Shown: positions 49,548 to 59,918 of the stretch, in pieces
Layout of the letters: each line of letters opens with the position of its first letter
Position numbering within the stretch: the stretch's first letter is position 1
Assembly: GCA_965284645.1 (NCBI GenBank)
Contig: OZ260106.1
Span: 2,815,747-2,879,746, forward strand
Length of the DNA stretch: 64,000 nucleotides
Origin: an uncultured Bacteroidia bacterium
GTDB taxonomy: Bacteria; Bacteroidota; Bacteroidia; JAIBAJ01
Direction: 5' to 3'
Notes under the pieces: generated by a model
Databases searched by the model: none
Told to the model about the DNA's origin: nothing
Seen by the model: the letters and a program-made list of their open reading frames with translations, nothing else
Program-made: the position numbers and the translations under genes

Positions 49548-50576
49548 ATGAATAAATACCTGCTTTCAATGCTGTTGCTTGGATTGCCTTTTCAAAAAGC
49601 GCTATCCCAAAAACAACACCATCTTAAAATTGGCTTTGGAAGTTGCATCAGTCAGGACAACGAACAAAAGGTGTGGTATAAAGTGGATGAACTTCACCCG
49701 GATTACTTTATATTTCTGGGTGATAATATCTATGGAGATACCCAAAATATGGCCGTATTGAAGGCTAAATATGGACAATTGGGAGCAAAGCCAGGGTTGC
49801 AAAAAGTTTGGGAAAAGACAAAAATTTTAGCTGTATGGGACGATCATGATTATGGAGTGAACGATGGTGGGAAGGAATACCCAAAAAAGGAAGAAAGTAA
49901 ACAGATTTTTCTGGATTTTTTTAAAGAACCTGCTGAAAGTGAAAGGAGAAAACGACCTGGAAATTACGACCAAATTGTTATAGGTGAGGCTGGAGAAAGA
50001 GTACAATTTATCCTTTTGGATTGTCGAACTTTTCGGGATAAACTTTGTAGGGTAGGGAAGGATGAAGATTGTTATGGCGAATACGGAAAATGCGAGGATA
50101 CATCCAAAACCATGCTTGGAGATTCCCAATGGAAATGGTTGGAAGAAAGCTTGAAAGTTCCGGCAGATATTCGAATCGTTTGCACCAGTACCCAGTTTTT
50201 GGTGGATTTTAATGGATGGGAAGCCTGGGCTAATTTTCCCCATGAAAGGGAAAGGTTTATGCGCCTTATTGAAAAAACCAAAGCCAATGGACTATTCTTT
50301 ATTTCAGGAGATGTTCATTATTCTGAAATGTCGAAATTAAAAAGGCCCAATTCTTATCCGTTATATGACCTTACTGCTTCAGGAATGACCCACGGACACA
50401 GTTGTGCTGGCGAAAATATAAACCGAATTCATGGGGCGTATATGAAACCCAATTTTGGCTGGATTGATATTGATTGGAAGGGAAAGGATACGCAAATAAG
50501 CCTGAAAATTATCAGCAGTGAGGAAGGTGAAGTAAAAATTGAACACCAAATTCCGCTTAAAGAATTACAGTTCTAA
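49548..50576 (+). CDS. PhoD-like metallophosphatase (short form)
   Basis: Signal peptide. GDNIYGD ... AVWDDHDYGVNDGG ... GDVHYSE metallophosphatase/PhoD blocks. Confidence 0.7.
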   Translation: MNKYLLSMLLLGLPFQKALSQKQHHLKIGFGSCISQDNEQKVWYKVDELHPDYFIFLGDNIYGDTQNMAVLKAKYGQLGAKPGLQKVWEKTKILAVWDDHDYGVNDGGKEYPKKEESKQIFLDFFKEPAESERRKRPGNYDQIVIGEAGERVQFILLDCRTFRDKLCRVGKDEDCYGEYGKCEDTSKTMLGDSQWKWLEESLKVPADIRIVCTSTQFLVDFNGWEAWANFPHERERFMRLIEKTKANGLFFISGDVHYSEMSKLKRPNSYPLYDLTASGMTHGHSCAGENINRIHGAYMKPNFGWIDIDWKGKDTQISLKIISSEEGEVKIEHQIPLKELQF

Positions 50577-51424
50577 TGAAAAAGCTAGGATTGCTTGGTT
50601 TGTTTTTCTTGTTTTCACTATCCTCGTTCGCCCAATCAGCATTGGTACTTCTGACCTATAACATTCGTTTCAACAATCCAATGGATGGTCACTCTGCTTG
50701 GCCGAATAGAAAAAGTAGCATGATCGACAGTTTAAAGCAATTAAATGGGTCAATTTATTGCTTTCAAGAAGTACTACATGGTCAATACGAAGATTTGAAA
50801 ATGGGTTTAATGGGCTTTGAATCCTATGGCGTAGGTCGCGACAACGGAAAAAAGAAAGGGGAGATGGCTCCGATATTTTATAAAAAATCGGATTGGAACT
50901 GTTTAGAAAAAGGCAGCTTTTGGCTTAGTGAAACACCTGAAAAGCCAAGTAAAGGTTGGGATGCAAGTCTTCCCAGGATAGTTACTTGGGTTAAGCTCCA
51001 ACATCAAACAAACTCGAAAATCCTGTTTGTTTTTAATACCCATTTCGACCATAAAGGGGCAGAAGCAAGAAGGCAGTCCGGTTTATTGCTTGCTCAAAAG
51101 GCAAAGGATTTGGCCGGTTCTCATGCCTATGTAATTTGCGGTGATTTGAACCTTAGCCCCGAACATGCCGCCTATGAAGTCATCACCCAAACCTTAATTG
51201 ATAGTAGAAATGCTGCAAAAAAGGTAAATGGAACTGAATATACCTTTGCCGGTTTTGAGGTCGATAATCCTCCCAAACCACTTCATCGAATTGATTATAT
51301 ATTTGTATCTAAAGCTATGATAGTCAATGATTATAACTGTCCTGATTGGAAACAAGATTCTAATCATTGGCTAAGTGACCACCGTCCTGTATTTATTCAA
51401 TTTATCCCATTTTCAAATCCCTAA
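50576..51424 (+). CDS. Endonuclease/exonuclease/phosphatase (EEP) family protein, secreted
   Basis: Signal peptide. LLTYNIRFNN ... CFQEV ... GDLNLSPEH ... SDHRPV catalytic signature of the EEP fold. Confidence 0.75.
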   Translation: MKKLGLLGLFFLFSLSSFAQSALVLLTYNIRFNNPMDGHSAWPNRKSSMIDSLKQLNGSIYCFQEVLHGQYEDLKMGLMGFESYGVGRDNGKKKGEMAPIFYKKSDWNCLEKGSFWLSETPEKPSKGWDASLPRIVTWVKLQHQTNSKILFVFNTHFDHKGAEARRQSGLLLAQKAKDLAGSHAYVICGDLNLSPEHAAYEVITQTLIDSRNAAKKVNGTEYTFAGFEVDNPPKPLHRIDYIFVSKAMIVNDYNCPDWKQDSNHWLSDHRPVFIQFIPFSNP

Positions 51425-51436
51425 TAACCTGTTTTC

Positions 51437-53551
51437 ATGAAAAGAATTTTTCTCTTTTTACCTATTTTACTATTTGTTCATTCTGTTATTGCTCAGAAGA
51501 AAGCCAATCTGCCGGTCTTTGATCCAAGTCGGATTGAGATAGTTAGGGATTCCTTTGGCATTCCCCATATTTTCGCTAAAACAGATGCAGAAGCCGCTTA
51601 TGGTTTGGCTTGGGCAACCGCAGAAGACGATGTGGATAATGCCCAGTTTATGCTCGCTGCCATGAATGGAAGGTTAGGTGCGGTTAAAGGAGTCGATGGG
51701 GCTAAAATTGATTTTGCCGTTCAGTTTTTAGGGGTGGTTAAATATGTAGATAAGGTTTATGAAAAAGAAATTCCTGAAGATTTCAAAAGAGTGCTTGAGG
51801 GTTATGCGGCTGGAGCTAATGCGTATTTTTATGCCCATCCAGAAAGACTTTGGAGTAAAAAGCTCCTTCCGATTCGTCCGCAACATTTAGTAGCAGGATA
51901 TATGTTGGGTATGGCTTTAATGGGTGGAGTAGAAGGAACGGTAAGAAGAATGGTGGATGGCTCAATAGTCAACGATATGCTCAAACCTGAGGATGGGATA
52001 GGTTCTAATGCCTTTGCTTTTAATTCGGCCAAAACAAAAAATGGATCAAGCTTTTTGGCGGTGAATGCTCATCAACCAATCGAAGGTCTTCTTTCTTGGT
52101 ACGAGGCTCATGTGTGTAGTGAGGAAGGTTGGAATATTGTGGGGGCGCTTTTCCATGGTTCAACCACCATTTTTCTAGGAACAAACGAAAACTTGGGTTG
52201 GGCACATACAACAGGGCAATTGGATGAAATCGATACCTATAAATTAACCATGCATCCCAAAAAGAAATACTGGTACAAATACGATGGTCAATGGAAAAAA
52301 TTGGAAACCCATCGCGCCAAACTGCATGTTGGACTTGGCAAAAAGCATAAGTTTGTTATCACTGTAGGAAAGAAATTTTGGACCAGTGTTTATGGCCCAA
52401 CCATGAAAAACGACCACGGCTTTTTCTCGGTTCGGATGCCTGCTTTGATTGAACCTAAAACATCCTTACAATGGTTTAGAATGAACAAAGCCAAAAACTT
52501 TACTGAATTCCGAAAAGCATTGGAGGTGCAAGGATTATCTCGTCAGAACATCACTTATGCCGATAAAAATGATACTATCTTTTTCATTTCTAATGGATTA
52601 ATTCCCGTACGAAATAAAAACTACAATTGGAAAAAGGTCCTTCCTGGTGATACATCAGCCACTTTATGGGATCATTTTTTACCTGTTGACAGTATGGCCC
52701 AATTCCTAAATCCTGAATGTGGCTTTGTTTTCAATACCAACAATGCCGGTTATGAAGCCACTTGCTCAACCGAAAATGGCAACCTTAACATGTACAATAA
52801 AGGGATTGGATACGAGCCTGAGTTCAACAACCGTAGCCTTAGGTTTTATGAATTAATGAATGAAAAATATGCCAACACCCCTATCGATTTTGAAGATTTT
52901 AAAAAGATTAAATTCGACTATACTTTCCCTAAGCGAATTACTTATAGAGGTCAATTTTGGTTGGATAATCTCTTTAAACTTGAGGCATCCAAATATCCCG
53001 ACATTGCGGATGCTATCAATCGAATTAAAACTTTTGACCACGAAGCTGACACCCTCGATAGAAATGCTTCCATTTTCATGTTTACCATTTACCAAATGTT
53101 GAATGGTCCGCACGAAAGACTCAAAGATTTGGATAAGAATCCAACCAAAATGGAAGAAAGCTTTGTGGCCTGCATTCGGGAGGCACAAGCCCATATGATC
53201 AAACATTTTGGAAGCATCGATCAGCCGCTCGGAAAAGTGCAAGTGCTGGAAAGAGGAGGGAAGTATATTGGTTTAAATGGCGGTCCTGATGCTATTCGTG
53301 CCGTTTTTGGACATATTCAAGCCGATGGTAGAATCCGAATGGTAGCCGGCGATGGTTATATGCAATTGGTTGAATTTAAAAAGGATGGTCCTCAAATTAA
53401 CTCCATTAGTCCGTATGGCGCAAGCAGCTTTTCAGATAGCAAACATTACAACGATCAAATGTCGCCTTTCGGAAGGCATGAATTGAAAAAAATGACCTTG
53501 GACAAAAAGGAAATTTATAAAAACGCTGAAAGAATTTACCACCCTAAATAA
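51437..53551 (+). CDS. Penicillin-acylase (S45) family Ntn-hydrolase (penicillin amidase / AHL-acylase-like)
   Basis: 704 aa. Signal peptide. Alpha-subunit-like N-terminus. Internal GIGSNAFAF containing the Ser-Asn nucleophile context of the beta subunit. Confidence 0.7.
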   Translation: MKRIFLFLPILLFVHSVIAQKKANLPVFDPSRIEIVRDSFGIPHIFAKTDAEAAYGLAWATAEDDVDNAQFMLAAMNGRLGAVKGVDGAKIDFAVQFLGVVKYVDKVYEKEIPEDFKRVLEGYAAGANAYFYAHPERLWSKKLLPIRPQHLVAGYMLGMALMGGVEGTVRRMVDGSIVNDMLKPEDGIGSNAFAFNSAKTKNGSSFLAVNAHQPIEGLLSWYEAHVCSEEGWNIVGALFHGSTTIFLGTNENLGWAHTTGQLDEIDTYKLTMHPKKKYWYKYDGQWKKLETHRAKLHVGLGKKHKFVITVGKKFWTSVYGPTMKNDHGFFSVRMPALIEPKTSLQWFRMNKAKNFTEFRKALEVQGLSRQNITYADKNDTIFFISNGLIPVRNKNYNWKKVLPGDTSATLWDHFLPVDSMAQFLNPECGFVFNTNNAGYEATCSTENGNLNMYNKGIGYEPEFNNRSLRFYELMNEKYANTPIDFEDFKKIKFDYTFPKRITYRGQFWLDNLFKLEASKYPDIADAINRIKTFDHEADTLDRNASIFMFTIYQMLNGPHERLKDLDKNPTKMEESFVACIREAQAHMIKHFGSIDQPLGKVQVLERGGKYIGLNGGPDAIRAVFGHIQADGRIRMVAGDGYMQLVEFKKDGPQINSISPYGASSFSDSKHYNDQMSPFGRHELKKMTLDKKEIYKNAERIYHPK

Positions 53552-53580
53552 TTCTACTAGCTAATTTGAATGAAACCGAT

Positions 53581-53620
53581 TTAACCCAGATTACGCATTA
53601 GATCTGCATAAACGATTCCT
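53581..53620 (+). repeat. Mosaic repeat locus 8: 5' fragment of module A
   Basis: TTAACCCAGATTACGCATTAGATCTGCATAAACGATTCC matches the left terminus of module A and then diverges. Confidence 0.6.
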
Positions 53621-53680
53621 TGAAAAGTATACAAGCTTCATGGATTTGTATACTTCCTAGCCGATTGCTTATTCCCACCT

Positions 53681-54520
53681 TTGCCCCATCAAAATTTTAA
53701 GAAAATGAAAAAAGTAATCTTAATCACAGGGGCAAGTTCAGGAATGGGAAAGGAAACAGCTAAAACCCTCATAAAACAAGGCCATTCCGTTTATACTGTT
53801 GCCCGACGAATCGACCAAATGAAGGATTTGGAACAACTGGGCGGACATCCTCTAAAAATGGATGTTACCAATGAGTCTGAAATTCAAACCGTTCTAGATA
53901 CAATTATAAAAAAGGAAGGCCGGATTGATGTACTTTGGAACAATGCAGGTTATGGTTTATATGGTTCAGTAGAGGATGTTCCTTTGGCAGAAGCTAGAAG
54001 ACAATTTGAAGTTAATATTTTCGGTTTGGCCACCCTAACCCAAAAAGTTATCCCGTTTATGCGCAAGGCCAAACAGGGTACAATTATCAATACTTCCTCC
54101 ATGGGCGGTAAAATGTATACACCAATGGGTGCTTGGTACCATGCCTCTAAACATGCCTTGGAAGGATTCAGTGATTGTTTGCGTCTCGAACTTAAGGAAT
54201 TTAATATACAAGTTGTAGTGCTTGAGCCCGGAATTATCGAAACGGAATTTGGCGATGTAATGCTGGATAACATCACTCAATACTCTGGTAAAACGGTCTA
54301 TTCCGGTATCACAAACAAATTGGTAACCGCTACCAAAGCCATGTATGCCAATGGAGGAGGATCAAAACCTAGCCTGATAGCCGAAACGGTTTCTGAAATA
54401 GTTCAAGCTCAAAAACCTAAAACACGTTATAGGGTAGGGAAGTGGGCAAAACCAATGGTATGGATGCGTATTTTTCTAGGAGATCGTATATTTGACAAAG
54501 TAGTAATGAGCCAAGTATAA
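53681..54520 (+). CDS. SDR-family short-chain dehydrogenase/reductase
   Basis: TGASSGMG Rossmann motif, NNAG, catalytic YHASKHA. Confidence 0.85.
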   Translation: MPHQNFKKMKKVILITGASSGMGKETAKTLIKQGHSVYTVARRIDQMKDLEQLGGHPLKMDVTNESEIQTVLDTIIKKEGRIDVLWNNAGYGLYGSVEDVPLAEARRQFEVNIFGLATLTQKVIPFMRKAKQGTIINTSSMGGKMYTPMGAWYHASKHALEGFSDCLRLELKEFNIQVVVLEPGIIETEFGDVMLDNITQYSGKTVYSGITNKLVTATKAMYANGGGSKPSLIAETVSEIVQAQKPKTRYRVGKWAKPMVWMRIFLGDRIFDKVVMSQV

Positions 54521-54523
54521 GCC

Positions 54524-55432
54524 ATGAAACCAATTCTTCAACTGAAATCCATTTCGGATATAGCACAACTCATTCCAGGCTGGAAACCCAAACATCCCCT
54601 TGTAGCCATAATCGATTTTGCCCAGGTTGACGATTACATGCCCGAGGATACCCGCGTAAGTGCCGATTTTTATTCCCTAATGTTTAAAAACTATTGCACC
54701 AATCGATTTAAATATGGTCGTCAATCCTACGATTTTCAAGATGGAAGCTTGATTTGCATAGCCCCGAAACAGACTATAACCATGGATACTGAAATTGAAA
54801 AAAGGCCGGATCGACTAGGTTGGGGACTTTTTTTTCATCCCGATTTAATTCGTGGAACAACCTTGGGCGAAAATATTGAACAATATTCCTTCTTTACTTA
54901 CGAAATGTCTGAAGCTTTGCATCTTTCGGATAAGGAAAAACAAATTCTTTGGGACGGAGTACTGAAAATTCAAAACGAACTCGACGAGAATATTGATGTG
55001 CACAGCCAAACCTTAATTGTATCAAATATCGAACTATTGCTGAATTATTGTTTGCGATATTATGGTCGACAGTTTATAACTCGAAAATCAAATAACAGCG
55101 ATTATGTGGTTCAGGTTGAGAAACTTATAAAATCGTATTTCCGCAATTCCGATGTTCGTAACAATGGTTTGCCAACCGTGAAATATTTGGCTGAACAGGT
55201 CCATCTTTCGCCCAACTACCTCAGCGATTTATTGAAAAAAGAGACAGGAATGAATGCTCAGGACCATATTCATTACCAATTGATTGAAGAAGCCAAACGC
55301 ATCCTTTTAAATACCGACCAAAATGTAAGCGAAATCGCCTACGAACTTGGTTTTGAATATCCGCAGTATTTTAGTAAACTCTTCAAACTTAAAACCGGAA
55401 AAACCCCACTGGAATTTAGAAGTATGAATTGA
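54524..55432 (+). CDS. AraC-family transcriptional regulator
   Basis: C-terminal dual HTH AraC signature (VSEIAYELGFEYPQYFSKLFKLKTGKTPLEF). Confidence 0.85.
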   Translation: MKPILQLKSISDIAQLIPGWKPKHPLVAIIDFAQVDDYMPEDTRVSADFYSLMFKNYCTNRFKYGRQSYDFQDGSLICIAPKQTITMDTEIEKRPDRLGWGLFFHPDLIRGTTLGENIEQYSFFTYEMSEALHLSDKEKQILWDGVLKIQNELDENIDVHSQTLIVSNIELLLNYCLRYYGRQFITRKSNNSDYVVQVEKLIKSYFRNSDVRNNGLPTVKYLAEQVHLSPNYLSDLLKKETGMNAQDHIHYQLIEEAKRILLNTDQNVSEIAYELGFEYPQYFSKLFKLKTGKTPLEFRSMN

Positions 55433-55497
55433 TGAGGGTTTGAAAGGTCCCTTGGAATATTTTCTTTATATTTGTTCCAACCCTAAATTGAAAAAAA

Positions 55498-56076
55498 ATG
55501 GCTTATATCCAAACAGGAATCAACCAACCCGGCATTCTAGAACTTTTATTTTACAAAAACTCAACAGGCAATGCCCTGTCTAACTTGGCAAACACATTAT
55601 TGTTGGACAAATCGCCCTTATCAAGCGGAGAAAGGGAGTTGATAGCTTCCTATGTGTCCTATCTAAATGAGTGTGAGTTTTGTCACCTTTCCCATACAGC
55701 TGCTGCCAATGTTCATTTGGGCGATCAAGGAAAGACGGTCACTTGTGTGATCAAAGATATTGATACAGCAAATGTTTCCGAAAAAATGAAAAGCCTTTTG
55801 CGTATCGCCGGAAAGGTTCAAAAAAGTGGCAAACAGGTTACTTTGGATGATGTGAATGCTGCAAAAAGCAAAGGAGCAAACGATGAGGAAATCCATGATA
55901 CTGTTCTTATTGCCGCAGCCTTTTGTATGTTTAACAGATATGTAGATGGGTTAGGTACCACACCAGCGCGATTAGACGAATATCCAGCCATGGGAAAACG
56001 CATGGCCAAAGGGTACAAAATGCCACCCAATTTTTTGAAAAAGTTTATTCTGAAATATGTGGCCAAACGAAACTAA
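55498..56076 (+). CDS. Carboxymuconolactone decarboxylase (AhpD-like) family protein
   Basis: CMD-fold with CEFCHLSH Cys/His block. Confidence 0.65.
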   Translation: MAYIQTGINQPGILELLFYKNSTGNALSNLANTLLLDKSPLSSGERELIASYVSYLNECEFCHLSHTAAANVHLGDQGKTVTCVIKDIDTANVSEKMKSLLRIAGKVQKSGKQVTLDDVNAAKSKGANDEEIHDTVLIAAAFCMFNRYVDGLGTTPARLDEYPAMGKRMAKGYKMPPNFLKKFILKYVAKRN

Positions 56077-56285
56077 ATCCTAAAAATTAATCATTCGAGA
56101 TTGTTTTTTTTGGGAAATTGGTCTTATAGTTGAATTTTTTAGCTTAAGAAATGGGGGTTTTTATGAAAATTTAATCCCCGCTTTTAGGCTTTTAGTTAAA
56201 ACACCTTAAAAATTCTAAAAAGCCTGATTGGCGTCAGTTCTGGCAGGGCTGACTGTTCTATATTTGACTCAAAATTAAACCCCTC

Positions 56286-57530
56286 ATGAGTCCCAATTAC
56301 ATTCTAATCGCCATCCCATTTTTCTTTGGCAGTATTTTATTTGAATTTCTCTACGGCAAATTTAAAGGTAAAACTTGGTACAATTTCGAAGATGCTATTA
56401 CCAACCTTAATTTAGGTGTTGGTAGTCAGGCATTTAACGCTATGACCAAGCTTTTTATCTTTGCTATATTTACCTATATTTTCGATCATTTTGCCCCATT
56501 TAAACAGGAAGCTTCCTTCTTTTCTTTCATCATTTGCGTGGTTGCTTTCGACTTTATTTACTACTGGGCTCACCGCTGGGGACATGAGTGGAATATCTTT
56601 TGGGGTGCCCACATTGTTCACCACCAAAGCCAAGAGTACAATTTAAGTGTCGCCCTTCGTCAACCTTGGTTTCACCATTTGCTTGCCTTTGTTCTGTTCT
56701 TACCGATTCCACTTTTAGGTTTCCATCCTATCGTTTTCGGCAGTGCGGCAGCCTTTGTAACCCTTTATCAGTATTGGATCCACAGCCAAGCCATTCGCAG
56801 CTTGGGATGGTTTGAATGGATTTTCAATAGTCCTTCCCACCACCGGGTGCACCATGCCATTAATCCACAATACCTCGACAAAAACTATGCAGCCGTATTT
56901 ATCATTTGGGATCGCCTTTTCGGAACCTTTGTGAAAGAAGAAGAGGAGCCTGAATATGGCACCACTATTCCGCTCAATAGCTGGAACCCTTTTTGGGCCA
57001 ATATTCATTTTTATGTGGATGTTTTTGAAGGTATGAAAGTCGAAAAAGGACTATGGAACAAATTGTCGCTTTGGTGGAAAGGACCTGAATACTTGGGGAA
57101 ACTTCTCAATCAAGATTCAAGCAAATATAAAAACAAGGAAGGTCACGTGGATAAATACCATGTAAAACCCAAATTGAACATGCAGGTATATGTTTTGGTC
57201 CAATTCATTGCGCTTGCCTTTGGAATAGTCTCTTTTTTAGGCCATTTCAACGAATTGTCTTGGTTTTACCGCATCGTTTTCTTTTCCTTGATTATACTCA
57301 CTACCATGAATTGTGGCGCCATTCTGGAAGGTCGGAAATGGGTAAACCGTGTTGAAATCCTGCGATTTATCGTGTTTCTGCCAATTTACAACGTACTTTA
57401 CATGACCTATTACGCTTCATGGGTAAAATGGGTAATGCCGATTTCAATAGTTCTCACGATTGGTTTCTTAACCTGGCTGGCCATTAATTTTCTTTACTAC
57501 AAAAGGAAAAATCAATTGGTGAAAGGCTAG
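56286..57530 (+). CDS. Sterol desaturase / fatty-acid hydroxylase superfamily membrane protein
   Basis: His boxes HRWGHE, HIVHHQ, HHRVHH. Multiple TM segments. Confidence 0.8.
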   Translation: MSPNYILIAIPFFFGSILFEFLYGKFKGKTWYNFEDAITNLNLGVGSQAFNAMTKLFIFAIFTYIFDHFAPFKQEASFFSFIICVVAFDFIYYWAHRWGHEWNIFWGAHIVHHQSQEYNLSVALRQPWFHHLLAFVLFLPIPLLGFHPIVFGSAAAFVTLYQYWIHSQAIRSLGWFEWIFNSPSHHRVHHAINPQYLDKNYAAVFIIWDRLFGTFVKEEEEPEYGTTIPLNSWNPFWANIHFYVDVFEGMKVEKGLWNKLSLWWKGPEYLGKLLNQDSSKYKNKEGHVDKYHVKPKLNMQVYVLVQFIALAFGIVSFLGHFNELSWFYRIVFFSLIILTTMNCGAILEGRKWVNRVEILRFIVFLPIYNVLYMTYYASWVKWVMPISIVLTIGFLTWLAINFLYYKRKNQLVKG

Positions 57531-57680
57531 GAGGGAAGGTTATTGTTGTATAGGATGATTATTTTGCGAGCTCCTTTTTGTCTTTGGTTAACAGCCATAC
57601 TTCCGAATTAGGGCTAGGTAAAAGGGGCAGCTTTAAGAATCCAAATACTGGAACCTCTTACGCTTTAATGGTGAGAATAA

Positions 57681-57830
57681 GCATTAGATATCCTTTAGAA
57701 CTTAACCTTTTGTAAATCAATTTGTTTTGTCAAATTGACTTACAAATGCTATCCTGAAATGCTCGAGGAGGTGTCCAGCTAAATCAAGTAATTCAGATTA
57801 AAAGTCCTCCTTTTGATTAAATTGAGTTTA
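57681..57830 (+). repeat. Mosaic repeat locus 9: module A (plus), left terminus missing
   Basis: GCATTAGATATCCTTTAGAACTTAACCTTTTGTAAATCAATTTGTTTTGTCAAATTGA...AAATCAAGTAATTCAGATTAAAAGTCCTCCTTTTGATTAAATTGAGTTTAAAGG. Confidence 0.7.
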
Positions 57831-59276
57831 AAGGCTTTCTAAAAAGGATTTAAGCAAAGGAAAAATGTTTAAATTCTTTCCTGCAGGATTAAGGTCGAAT
57901 TCTGTTTTTAATTCCTGAATCAAAGTTGGAATTTTTTCTTGTTGTTTGCCATTTAGCAAGGTGCGAAAGGTTTTTATAATGATTTTGTCAAAATTGTCAG
58001 CTCCATTTTTTTTCAAAAATCTTTCAAAAGATACCAATATATTTTCCACTAAATCAAAATTGCCCTTTTTAAAATGGGCCATCATTTGAAAAACCTGAAG
58101 TGTAGTTTGGGTGTCAAAATGTTTTTTGACCTTTAAATTTTGTCTATATACTTCAATCCAATGGATAGTTGAAGAATAATCCTGGTATTCTAGCATGGCG
58201 CTTGAAAAAGCTGTAACTAGTGCTAAAAATAAATCAGAACGAATATAACTAAGAAAGGCCAACATTTGCTTTTCAGTTTGTTTAGCCAAAAGCATAACTC
58301 CTTGGTGGTCTTTTTGATTATCAAGCCAAACCAATTTAAACATACTGTAATACAAAAACTGGTAAAGTTTAGCCTGTTGATTTTTAAATGCATAGGAATT
58401 TAGCTCTTCGAGTAAATTACCTAATCCTTCCAGATTTCCATTAAAATAGGCAGCGGTCATACATTGGTTATAGGCATTGATTAAAGGCAACTGATCTATA
58501 GTCAAAAAATAGCTACCACTTTTACATATTTCTAGCAATTCCTTTGCCTCATTTTCTGCTTCCTGTCGCTTTCCAGCAACCGCATAAAAATTTAATTTAA
58601 TACAAGCATGGTAATGTCTGGCACGTTGACCAACCGGCAGGATTTTCCCTGTCATGGCATTATGGTTAATAATATCCATATGCAATTCCTTGATGGTTTT
58701 TCCGATTAAAGTGTAGCTGGGAGTCATAATTACCGCTTGTTGGTACAGCAGATTTTCATACAAATGGAAATTTTCCCAATTCGTAAGAACTTGTTCATAC
58801 ACCCTATTTAAGTTTTCAATCTCCTCAATTTGTTTATCACTGGTATTTATTTGCAACCAAAGTTTTCTTTTTTGATCAAGCAATTCCATTTGGTAATGAA
58901 AAAGCTCGTTTCGTTCTGCAAAGGCTAATGCTTTATTCAATTGCCGGAGTGCATCGTCTGAAAGTCCACGGCTTGCCAATAAATGGAAATTGGCAATGGT
59001 TCTTAAAAATCCAATCTGGCTCAAATTTTCCTGGTGGAATTGGCCTAAGGATTGAAGCAATGATCCAAACAAATAGTTTTTAGTTATATGCAATTTCGCT
59101 AGAGGAGTTTTGGTCTTTTTCGCCAGTATTTCATCCTCATCCGCTTTCATTTCTTCTAAAATAGTGAATACTTTAAGGTAGTTCGTTGTATTTGAATCAT
59201 CAAATCCTGAACTGGCCCATTTGCGAAAATATCCCTTCTCGGAAGGTGAAAGTGATTTGATTAATTCGAATAGCAT
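57828..59276 (-). CDS. Hypothetical all-alpha (TPR-like?) cytoplasmic protein
   Basis: 482 aa. No signal peptide. Leucine-rich helical repeats. Divergent from two secreted-protein genes. Confidence 0.45.
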   Translation of the reverse strand: MLFELIKSLSPSEKGYFRKWASSGFDDSNTTNYLKVFTILEEMKADEDEILAKKTKTPLAKLHITKNYLFGSLLQSLGQFHQENLSQIGFLRTIANFHLLASRGLSDDALRQLNKALAFAERNELFHYQMELLDQKRKLWLQINTSDKQIEEIENLNRVYEQVLTNWENFHLYENLLYQQAVIMTPSYTLIGKTIKELHMDIINHNAMTGKILPVGQRARHYHACIKLNFYAVAGKRQEAENEAKELLEICKSGSYFLTIDQLPLINAYNQCMTAAYFNGNLEGLGNLLEELNSYAFKNQQAKLYQFLYYSMFKLVWLDNQKDHQGVMLLAKQTEKQMLAFLSYIRSDLFLALVTAFSSAMLEYQDYSSTIHWIEVYRQNLKVKKHFDTQTTLQVFQMMAHFKKGNFDLVENILVSFERFLKKNGADNFDKIIIKTFRTLLNGKQQEKIPTLIQELKTEFDLNPAGKNLNIFPLLKSFLESL

Positions 59277-59373
59277 CTTTTTGAAAATTAGACTATTAGC
59301 TTTTTAAAATTGTATTTTTTGTCTTTGCCGAAGCCAAAGATTCATCTTTTTTTGATTAGACAAGTCGCAAAGT

Positions 59374-59883
59374 GTGGAATTTCTTTGTCCTCGAAATTTA
59401 ACGAACATGAAAAAAGTAATATTAGTCTTTATAGTTATACTTACCATTCCTGCCTTCAAAGTGGCAGGTCAAACAGTAGTTTCAAATGCTGGGACCTATT
59501 CGTTTCAAACAAACTATTCAGTAAATTGGACCTTGGGTGAGGTTATAACTTCAACCATTTCAAATTCTTCCACTACACTAACACAGGGTTTCAATCAGGT
59601 AGCCGGCACAATTGTAGGCATTGAAATTCCCTTTGAATCTTTTAATTTTCGTATTTACCCGAATCCATTTGAGGACGAAATTAACATCCAAGTTGGCGGA
59701 TCATTTGTTTCAGGAACCAATTTTAAAATTACGGATTTAGCGGGTCAAGTTGTAGTTGACAATGGTACCCTTGCGGGAACTAATACGGAATTAAGCTTAG
59801 GTCATTTGGTGCCAGGAATCTATTTCGTATGCTTTTCTAATTCCACCAACCATACCAGCTATAAAATTATCAAAACCAAATAA
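59374..59883 (+). CDS. Small secreted protein with T9SS/Por C-terminal sorting domain
   Basis: Signal peptide. C-terminal IYPNPFEDEINIQ...GIYFVCF...YKIIKTK typical T9SS CTD. Confidence 0.6.
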   Translation: MEFLCPRNLTNMKKVILVFIVILTIPAFKVAGQTVVSNAGTYSFQTNYSVNWTLGEVITSTISNSSTTLTQGFNQVAGTIVGIEIPFESFNFRIYPNPFEDEINIQVGGSFVSGTNFKITDLAGQVVVDNGTLAGTNTELSLGHLVPGIYFVCFSNSTNHTSYKIIKTK

Positions 59884-59918
59884 TCAACCTGTTTTCTTCA
59901 CCACTAATTTTTATTACC

